From the IMG/VR virus record IMGVR_UViG_3300037515_000764: a stretch of DNA of 64,000 nucleotides; one strand, 5' to 3'. The position numbers and the translations under genes are program-made. A model generated the notes under the pieces. It had not been told where the DNA came from. It made no database searches and saw nothing but the letters and a program-made list of their open reading frames with translations. Position 1 is the stretch's first letter. The number at the start of each line of letters is the position of its first letter. The stretch is from an uncultured virus (IMG/VR IMGVR_UViG_3300037515_000764) (taxonomy: Duplodnaviria > Heunggongvirae > Uroviricota > Caudoviricetes). Of this stretch, positions 26,873-33,772 are shown piece after piece.

Positions 26873-26986
26873 ATGCCAAGATATGATTTTTGTGAATGCG
26901 GAAAAAGAAAAAGGTCAAAATCTAATTGGTTCTCCTATTATTTAAAAAACCTCGTTGGCTCAATCGGCGGAGCGTTTGCTTACTAG
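26873..26986 (+). pseudogene. Possible truncated gene remnant (CECG zinc-knuckle start) between tRNAs
   Basis: GAAGGA RBS, MPRYDFCECGKRKRSKS..., frame runs into the next tRNA. Confidence 0.3.
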
Positions 26987-27020
26987 CAAATTATCACTAG
27001 TTCGAATCTAGTACGAGGTT
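26949..27020 (+). tRNA. tRNA with 6-nt anticodon loop (probably Val-UAC derived)
   Basis: ACCTCGT/ACGAGGT, GCTC/GAGC, TTTGC-TTACTA-GCAAA, ACTAG-TTCGAAT-CTAGT. Confidence 0.65.
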
Positions 27021-27023
27021 CAA

Positions 27024-27208
27024 GCTAAAATCTGCTAGCAAGGTTTTAGTGGCACTTTAAGCCATGTGTAGTTGGCTAGCGTTATTCGGTTGATTAACGT
27101 GAACGGTTTAGCGAAATCGTTAGTGGATTACAATGCCATTCGTTAGCATGTTCGTTTGCGGAATATAGGCTGTGCTGTTAACTACCATCGAGGTACAGTC
27201 TATATTTT
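27024..27208 (+). ncRNA. Candidate structured RNA downstream of tRNA
   Basis: Consecutive stems with G-U pairs favouring the plus strand; 14-bp terminal hairpin whose loop is complementary to GTAGTTGGC upstream. Confidence 0.5.
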
Positions 27209-27231
27209 TATTATTCAAAAGGAAAAGAAAA

Positions 27232-27492
27232 ATGGAATGTAAATTTTGCGGAAAACAAATTGAAAATAATGATTTCTGTGACAATTATTGTTCTTGGCAA
27301 TTCGCAATGTTTGATTATGTTTATCCAAATGGAGAAAGTAAAGTTGTTAAAGTGGTCGATGTTAACTTAACTGCTTATATTTTAGAAGACGGCGTAGTTA
27401 TTTTAACTAAAGACGATGACAATGAAACTGTTTTGTGGAGAATAAGTGATTGGGCTGAACATGTTAATATTCTTAGAAGTTTTGATATATAA
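27232..27492 (+). CDS. Small zinc-finger protein
   Basis: MECKFC...FCDNYC; ATG 27232. Confidence 0.7.
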   Translation: MECKFCGKQIENNDFCDNYCSWQFAMFDYVYPNGESKVVKVVDVNLTAYILEDGVVILTKDDDNETVLWRISDWAEHVNILRSFDI

Positions 27493-27893
27493 TGCAAACA
27501 TTTCTACCCTATTCCGATTTCGAAAAGTCTGCTAAATGTTTGGACTATAGACGTTTGGGAAAACAGCGCGTCGAAGCAATGCAGTTAGTAAAAGCTTTAA
27601 CAGATGAAAATTATGGTTGGCAAAATCACCCGATAACTAATATGTGGCGCGGTTATGTCGAAGCTTTAAAACTTTATCACAATATTATGATTTATGAATG
27701 GCAATTACGCGGCTATAATAACATGATGCTTAAATATGCTACAATTCAAAATCCGCCAATGCCAGAGTGGTTAGGAAGCGAAGAATTTCACGAATCACAC
27801 CGAAGAAAACTTTTATGGAAAAGCCCTAAATGGTATAACCAATTTGATTGGGGCGAAGTTCCGTTAGAAGAACCTAAATATGTTTGGTTTTAA
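27492..27893 (+). CDS. Pyrimidine-dimer DNA glycosylase-like protein (MSMEG_6728 family)
   Basis: MQTFLPY.DF..SA..LD..RLGKQRVEA.Q, W.NHP...MWRGY, FHESHR..LL.K. Confidence 0.85.
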   Translation: MQTFLPYSDFEKSAKCLDYRRLGKQRVEAMQLVKALTDENYGWQNHPITNMWRGYVEALKLYHNIMIYEWQLRGYNNMMLKYATIQNPPMPEWLGSEEFHESHRRKLLWKSPKWYNQFDWGEVPLEEPKYVWF

Positions 27894-27896
27894 CAG

Positions 27897-27925
27897 TTGA
27901 CATTCTCTCTATTTTATGATATTAT
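27897..27925 (+). promoter_or_regulatory. Promoter for second tRNA group
   Basis: TTGACA-17-TATTAT with TG. Confidence 0.7.
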
Positions 27926-27936
27926 TATATATAAAT

Positions 27937-27996
27937 GGCTAGGTGGTGAAGTGATTTGCAAAACCGTTATCAACAGTTCGAATCTGTTTCTAGCCT
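27937..27996 (+). pseudogene. tRNA-Cys(GCA) with internal deletion
   Basis: Acceptor GGCTAGG/TCTAGCC and T-arm intact, TTGCAAA loop present; 3' D-strand and 5' anticodon strand missing (60 nt). Confidence 0.65.
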
Positions 27997-28004
27997 AGAA
28001 AAAT

Positions 28005-28077
28005 TGAGCCGTAGTTCAAATGGTAAGAACGCCGTTCTTATAAAGCGGTAATCCTAGTTCAATTCTAGGCGGCTCAA
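28005..28077 (+). tRNA. tRNA-Ile(UAU)
   Basis: Full cloverleaf: TGAGCCG/CGGCTCA, GTTC/GAAC, CCGTT-CTTATAA-AGCGG, CCTAG-TTCAATT-CTAGG. Confidence 0.9.
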
Positions 28078-28202
28078 CAGGAAGCTAAATGAACGCGGCT
28101 TCTAAAATTATAGCGTTAAACTAATATATTTTTAAAGGGCTGTTTAGGTTATTTAACTAGCAGCCCAAATTTCTATCATATAACATAAGGAGCATTACAA
28201 AA

Positions 28203-28931
28203 ATGGGATTAGTATTACAAGAAACTAAAAATGTAGGTGAAAAGAAAGATTATAAGAGTCCGTTTGTTCCAGCTTTGCCTAGTGGAACTACTAGCTTCGT
28301 CGCTTTGGCAGATATGGGCGACACTGAACGTTTCCAATGGACAGTAAAAGGTTATTCGTATTACATTAATAACAAGCGAGATGAAAGCTTTGTTTTGCCT
28401 GTTTTTGAAGATAATTCAGACCTTAACCCAGAACTTTTAGCAATGGCTGAAGCTGGCAATCTTCCTAAACACTGGTGTGAATATATCGACGATTATGAGG
28501 AAAAGGAAGGCGAACGCCGCGACGGAACAGTCTACCAATACCGTCGTTACGCTAAATGGTATCCGAAAAGTTTCATCTATCTTCCAGTAATTTACTCAAC
28601 TGATGGTTCAAATTGGGAAAACGGTGTTCTCTTAGTTAAGAATTCTATTTTCAAAGTTTTGAAGCACAAGAAAAATTGGAGAGGGTTACACTTCCACATT
28701 CATCGTTCCGGTAGTGGTTTGAATACTGAATATGCTTTTGAAGTTGATGAAGAAACTCCGCGTTGGGATGAAGAAATGCTTGAAGAACACGAACCAACTA
28801 ATGTTTTAGAACACATTGCGGCTACTCGTGATGCACAACGGGCTATGGTTTTCTACAAGTGGGGTGTTGTTACTCCGTTGCAAGAAAATGATACTCCGCA
28901 AGCAGGTATTGATTTCGAAGCAACCCAATAA
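28203..28931 (+). CDS. Putative single-stranded DNA-binding protein (gp32-like)
   Basis: IHRSGSGLNTEY motif, acidic C-terminus, heads the replication region. Confidence 0.6.
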   Translation: MGLVLQETKNVGEKKDYKSPFVPALPSGTTSFVALADMGDTERFQWTVKGYSYYINNKRDESFVLPVFEDNSDLNPELLAMAEAGNLPKHWCEYIDDYEEKEGERRDGTVYQYRRYAKWYPKSFIYLPVIYSTDGSNWENGVLLVKNSIFKVLKHKKNWRGLHFHIHRSGSGLNTEYAFEVDEETPRWDEEMLEEHEPTNVLEHIAATRDAQRAMVFYKWGVVTPLQENDTPQAGIDFEATQ

Positions 28932-28946
28932 GAATCGGAGTTCATA

Positions 28947-29513
28947 ATGATTAACAAGACGTTTGACCAACAACTCATAGCACAATTAGGCAAAAATAAT
29001 GCTACAGCTAAATGCAATAAGTGTTTGGGTTTTGGACATTATGAACTCCCTTCATTTTTCGCTGGTAATTTTCAAGCTGAAATTGTGTTTATTGAATCCT
29101 TTAATTTTGCTTCTGATGAATTAGTAATACCCGAAGAAACACCAGAGTTCTTCAAAAATTCATTGAAAGCGGAAATGTATTTGACTGTTTCCGGTAAAAG
29201 AGAGATTTTAAACAAAATTTTACCGGAAACTCTTAAATACGGCATCCCGAAGTGGATGTTTACAAGTGCCGTTAAGTGCTTCCAAAAAGAAGGTCGAATT
29301 CCATCGGCTCAACAAATTGAAAATTGCAAAACGTGGAAACCTTTCTTGGAAAACGGTTTGACATATGTTTTATGCGGCTCAATTGCCAAAGAATATTATG
29401 GCTTTTTTGATGCCGAGAACTACTTCAAGATAAAGAGGGACGGAACAACTTATATCTGTGTCGAAGATTTACTCGAAATAGATATTGAAAGGCTAAAAAA
29501 ACTCCTTGTCTGA
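28947..29513 (+). CDS. Uracil-DNA glycosylase family 4-like protein (divergent)
   Basis: CxxC, GNFQAEIVFI, TSAVKC, RIPS..QIENC, VLCGSIA. Confidence 0.7.
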   Translation: MINKTFDQQLIAQLGKNNATAKCNKCLGFGHYELPSFFAGNFQAEIVFIESFNFASDELVIPEETPEFFKNSLKAEMYLTVSGKREILNKILPETLKYGIPKWMFTSAVKCFQKEGRIPSAQQIENCKTWKPFLENGLTYVLCGSIAKEYYGFFDAENYFKIKRDGTTYICVEDLLEIDIERLKKLLV

Positions 29514-30732
29514 AAATTACTCATATGATGTTGTTGTAGTTGGTGGCGGTTTAACGGGTCTTTATATAAAAGAAAAGCTATCCGATACATTTGATACTTG
29601 TGTTATTTCATCGACTGTATTAGGTAAGGCAAATGATTATACCGTTGGCAGTTTACATCTAAATTCACACGTTTACGAAAGACCAAACAAACTCTTCGAA
29701 ACCTATATAAGAAAATTTGGCAAAGTCATTAAACATTCGGCGAAAATTGGCAGTTTAGATTTCCCAACTTTCTTAGAAGATTATGCGCAGTTGCGTTTAA
29801 TTCTTGGTTACGAAGATGAAACAAGTCCTAAAGATTCAGCCCATCGAAATTTTAGAGAGCGAACGCAACAAAGATTTGGCGAATTATTTACTGATACTTG
29901 GTTGTATTCTTTTATGGCGAAAAAATGGGGCGGTTTAAATCCTTTCGACGATTTAGAAGGAATAGAGCTACCGCTAGTCCAAGAAGAACTTTACAGAATC
30001 GACATTGATAAATATACAAGGCAAATTGCTACACAAAAGATTTTAAAAGACACTGTTACAGAGGTTCATAAACCGATTGATAAAATTCGCGGTTATGTGA
30101 TAACTCAAACGGGTCATAAAATCTTTTTCAAATATCTTATTAATACAACTGACATACGAAACTTGTTTATGTTGGAGGATTTAAATTTCAATCTCTTAAG
30201 ACAAATGCACCGAAGAACAGTTGGTGTTCGTTTCGATAAAAGATTAAAGACTAAATTTACAACGGAAGTTTCCAACATAGACAAAAAGGTTACTATTGTA
30301 GAATATGACGGTAATACGGCGCGTTTTCATTATGATTATGCACCGCCTTTAACTGGTTTGCCATATTATCTAAACGTAGATTCTAAATCGTGGTCGCGTA
30401 TTAACAATAGTTTAATAGTTTCGGCTATTCCACCTGAAAGCTTAGTGAATGTTTTCGATGATTCGCACTTTCACACAGACGGCAAAATAGAAGATACCGC
30501 CTTATACGACTATCCGCTAACACCGATACCACTCAGAAAAACGAAAGATGAAGTTAGCAGAATCAAGAAAAATCTTTTCTCTTCATCTATTTTTTCGGTT
30601 GGCAAGTGGGGAAGCTTTAAACCCTACGGCCTAGTAGAAAGTTTAATGGATGCGGAAAATCTTTGCGATATTCTTTTAGGCCAAGGAGATAATTTCCATA
30701 AAGAGCTATATTTTAATGGAATTGATAGTTGA
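29506..30732 (+). CDS. FAD-dependent oxidoreductase (UDP-galactopyranose mutase/amine oxidase-like fold)
   Basis: VVVGGGLTG, KKWG, LINT, and C-terminal VGKWGSF. Confidence 0.65.
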   Translation: MSENYSYDVVVVGGGLTGLYIKEKLSDTFDTCVISSTVLGKANDYTVGSLHLNSHVYERPNKLFETYIRKFGKVIKHSAKIGSLDFPTFLEDYAQLRLILGYEDETSPKDSAHRNFRERTQQRFGELFTDTWLYSFMAKKWGGLNPFDDLEGIELPLVQEELYRIDIDKYTRQIATQKILKDTVTEVHKPIDKIRGYVITQTGHKIFFKYLINTTDIRNLFMLEDLNFNLLRQMHRRTVGVRFDKRLKTKFTTEVSNIDKKVTIVEYDGNTARFHYDYAPPLTGLPYYLNVDSKSWSRINNSLIVSAIPPESLVNVFDDSHFHTDGKIEDTALYDYPLTPIPLRKTKDEVSRIKKNLFSSSIFSVGKWGSFKPYGLVESLMDAENLCDILLGQGDNFHKELYFNGIDS

Positions 30733-31511
30733 GCAGTTACAAAAGGATTGACAAAAACCAAAAAGAGATAGTCGAAAAGTTGCGTAAGTGGGGGTTGTCT
30801 GTGACCTCCACTGCTACAATTCATAAAGGTTTCCCAGACATTATTGTTGGTTTTTCTAATCTCAATCTTCTTGTTGAAATAAAAGCCGATAAAAATTCCA
30901 AACTTACCCCGCATCAAATAGATTTTCATAGAGAATGGAAAGGAGAGATAATGGTTGCAACTACAGCAGAAGAGATTTTGTTGAGATATTTCGAGCTTCA
31001 AAAAATAAATTCATCTTTAGTATATATTTTCGAGGGAGCTTCTGGTATTGGCAAAAGCTTTATCGTCGATTATTTGAAGTTAAATGAGCCTGAAACAAAA
31101 ATAACCCGTTTTGAATTCTTTAATGAAGAAGACTATGGTTTAGATTATAACTCAATGGTTCGTTTTTTAGCTGAAAAAGTTATCGGAAGTCATCGTAAAT
31201 TAATTTTCTTTGACGGTTTTCATTTAACTGCTCTAGCCTTAAACAGAATAACGCAAGAAGAATTCGATATGTTACAAGGCTTTTTAGATGTTGCAAATAG
31301 TCTAACTCTTCTTCTTACAATGAACAAAGAAATGCACGAGAAGTTTGATAATAATAGATTAAAACATTCGACTGGTTGTACACAGGAAATGTTATCTGAA
31401 ATTGAATGCAAAAAAGAAGATGTTTACTTTGAAGACCAATTTGACGTTAACGATTTTATCGGGAGACTTTTACTTGAGATGAAGAATAGCGATGAATTAT
31501 GGTTGTTTTAA
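30729..31511 (+). CDS. VRR-NUC/Holliday-junction resolvase-like nuclease fused to P-loop NMP-kinase-like domain
   Basis: RIDKNQKEIV..GFPDIIVG..LVEIK..LTPHQ..F..W, then IFEGASGIGKS. Confidence 0.75.
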   Translation: MSSYKRIDKNQKEIVEKLRKWGLSVTSTATIHKGFPDIIVGFSNLNLLVEIKADKNSKLTPHQIDFHREWKGEIMVATTAEEILLRYFELQKINSSLVYIFEGASGIGKSFIVDYLKLNEPETKITRFEFFNEEDYGLDYNSMVRFLAEKVIGSHRKLIFFDGFHLTALALNRITQEEFDMLQGFLDVANSLTLLLTMNKEMHEKFDNNRLKHSTGCTQEMLSEIECKKEDVYFEDQFDVNDFIGRLLLEMKNSDELWLF

Positions 31512-32017
31512 GTTCTAATAACGGCGATATGGTTTTTAAATCAATTAAACAGTTTGATATTCTTTTTAAGAATTTTGGATATGGCGATATTAGACATTTA
31601 AGACATGGACACGCCGAAATTGATGATAATGACATTCTTATAAGGCTTAGAAAATTCGAAGATATAGAATACGAAATGTTTTTTTGGTTTTACGCCGGAA
31701 CAGTTTTGCGCAAAAATATTAGATTTGAAATAAGAGAACACTTTGAAAAGCCCGAATTCGAAACATTTGAACTTCTAGGCGATAGTTTTAGCCAACACAA
31801 GATTTTGCGTGAAGCTTGCCGCAATGTTGATTTCGTTGATAAGTTTAGATATTTTTTGAACGAGTTGAATATTGGTTGGAAGGATTTAGCGTTATTTCAT
31901 TTCTGTGTTCATTCAAATTCAATCGGAAGACATTTAGAATATAATTCCTTTTCAAAAGAAATAGAGATAAAATGTTTAAAAGAGAAACTGAGATTAATTA
32001 CTGGTCTGAGATATTAA
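31499..32017 (+). CDS. Hypothetical protein
   Basis: 172 aa, coupled. Confidence 0.7.
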   Translation: MVVLSSNNGDMVFKSIKQFDILFKNFGYGDIRHLRHGHAEIDDNDILIRLRKFEDIEYEMFFWFYAGTVLRKNIRFEIREHFEKPEFETFELLGDSFSQHKILREACRNVDFVDKFRYFLNELNIGWKDLALFHFCVHSNSIGRHLEYNSFSKEIEIKCLKEKLRLITGLRY

Positions 32018-32113
32018 AATTAATTAAAGCGTGTAAAGAAGCCGAAAGTGAAGATGAAAAAGAAACCATTTTGGAAAGAATCAACGTTTTGTACATTAAA
32101 GGAACATTAGAAA

Positions 32114-32470
32114 ATGGATAAACTAATTTCCTCTATAATAAGACTATTTTTGAAGTTTCATATAAACCAAGAAGAACTTATTTTGGGATTAGAAAAACGT
32201 GTTAGAGAAATAGAAACGGATTTGGCACTAGAAGTCACTACGTTTAACGGCTTCGAATATAACGAAGATACTTTAAATACAAATATAATTAGAACTCTAA
32301 CAGATTTGTTGTTGCTTCTAATTGTTCGAGAATGCGACATTGATAAGTCTTGTGAAATTTTTGCGGAAGAGCTAAACAAAATAAGTTTAGAAACACACTC
32401 TTTTCGAAGAGGAAGGTTTTTAAAGAATTCAAAAGACGATTATCCGAATATAACCGGAGGTATTCTTTAG
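32114..32470 (+). CDS. Hypothetical protein
   Basis: 118 aa, AAGGA RBS. Confidence 0.7.
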   Translation: MDKLISSIIRLFLKFHINQEELILGLEKRVREIETDLALEVTTFNGFEYNEDTLNTNIIRTLTDLLLLLIVRECDIDKSCEIFAEELNKISLETHSFRRGRFLKNSKDDYPNITGGIL

Positions 32471-32749
32471 ATGGAGAAAGTTTTATTTTGCGGACTTTTA
32501 TTTGTTATTGTTTTGTTATCTGCTACTTTTTACTTTCAGCATCAAACAATTGAGAATAGCTACTCGCGCCAAGAATCAATAGAAGATGAACAGGTGATTT
32601 TAATCAACGCCTATTACGATTCCGAAACAATTGAACAAAGAAAATTCGCCGTTGAACGCTTAGAAGATATGTGTTTTGAATATGGCAAAAATAAGATGCT
32701 AAGACAAGCTCAAGTTATTTTATCTAACGAGGATGCGTTATGTCGTTAA
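32471..32749 (+). CDS. Membrane-anchored protein
   Basis: N-terminal TM helix, GGAGG RBS. Confidence 0.7.
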   Translation: MEKVLFCGLLFVIVLLSATFYFQHQTIENSYSRQESIEDEQVILINAYYDSETIEQRKFAVERLEDMCFEYGKNKMLRQAQVILSNEDALCR

Positions 32750-33129
32750 GTAATTTTGATAAACTAAAAGCGATGTTTGAATTTTATGAACAATTTGAAA
32801 ATTTAAAAAGAATCGAAATTGATGACGATTATACATGCCTTTTGTATAGTAAAATTGGTCAGTTGTTTATTATAAACGAATTCTATTCAATCTCTGTTTA
32901 TAATAAAAATTCAAAAAAGCTTTTATATGAAAATTCAGTTGGCTATATGACTTTCGATTCTAAACTTGAATTGCGCGACTGTGAATTTGAAGATTATGAA
33001 ACTTTTTATTATGTTTTCCAAAAAGTTTATGAGATATACGAAAATGATTTAGCTTTCGAAAATGAAAGAAATAAAAAGAAAATCGAAGGAATCAAAAAGT
33101 TTATGGGAGAGAATTTTGTAGATGATTAA
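32740..33129 (+). CDS. Hypothetical protein
   Basis: 129 aa. Confidence 0.7.
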   Translation: MSLSNFDKLKAMFEFYEQFENLKRIEIDDDYTCLLYSKIGQLFIINEFYSISVYNKNSKKLLYENSVGYMTFDSKLELRDCEFEDYETFYYVFQKVYEIYENDLAFENERNKKKIEGIKKFMGENFVDD

Positions 33130-33445
33130 CAAACTTTGGCAATCAACTAAAGATTTTCATGGCAAATGGGATTTCAAAGCGCTAACGGCAAAAGGTGTCA
33201 AACGTGCTTTTTTGGAAGAAGTTGATGAAGTTATAGAGGAATTAGAAAAAGAGGTTTTAGATTTAGATGCGCTTTGCGAAGAAATGGTTGATGTATTAGT
33301 TACATTACTCGGAATTTGTATCTATTATAATATAAGTTTGTTTCGGTTTAGCGGTTTCATTGATAAAGTCTGCAATAAAAATGATGCTAAAAATCACGAA
33401 ACGCACTACTTAGATAAGAAAACCTCAAAAATAACAAGACGCTAA
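33122..33445 (+). CDS. MazG-like nucleotide pyrophosphohydrolase
   Basis: EEVDE...EEMVD acidic motif. Confidence 0.75.
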   Translation: MINKLWQSTKDFHGKWDFKALTAKGVKRAFLEEVDEVIEELEKEVLDLDALCEEMVDVLVTLLGICIYYNISLFRFSGFIDKVCNKNDAKNHETHYLDKKTSKITRR

Positions 33446-33457
33446 TAATCCTCTAAC

Positions 33458-33502
33458 TTGAATAGACTAGCAGACGATGATATAATAAACTTATATCATC
33501 GT
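33458..33502 (+). promoter_or_regulatory. Promoter of replication operon overlapped by 12-bp inverted repeat
   Basis: TTGAAT-17-TATAAT; ACGATGATATAA-N5-TTATATCATCGT. Confidence 0.65.
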
Positions 33503-33528
33503 TTTATGCTATTAAAGGAGAAATAAAT

Positions 33529-33753
33529 ATGTATCTTAAACATGCAAATGAAATTTTAAAGTCGGATATGGTTTTTGCTTTACAGATTGGACAAACGGGG
33601 ATTTTAAAGCTAAAACCAATTAAAAATCGTTTTCAGGAAGCGGCGTTTGATGTAAATGTCGAGATAGATTTAAACGAGGAGTATCTACTGCTTTGCAAGA
33701 GAGATAATATGTATGTACTCATTGTAGAGCCAAAATCAGATGTTGAAGTTTAA
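33529..33753 (+). CDS. Hypothetical protein
   Basis: 74 aa, AAGGAG RBS. Confidence 0.7.
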   Translation: MYLKHANEILKSDMVFALQIGQTGILKLKPIKNRFQEAAFDVNVEIDLNEEYLLLCKRDNMYVLIVEPKSDVEV

Positions 33754-33772
33754 TAAAGAAAGGAAATACTAA

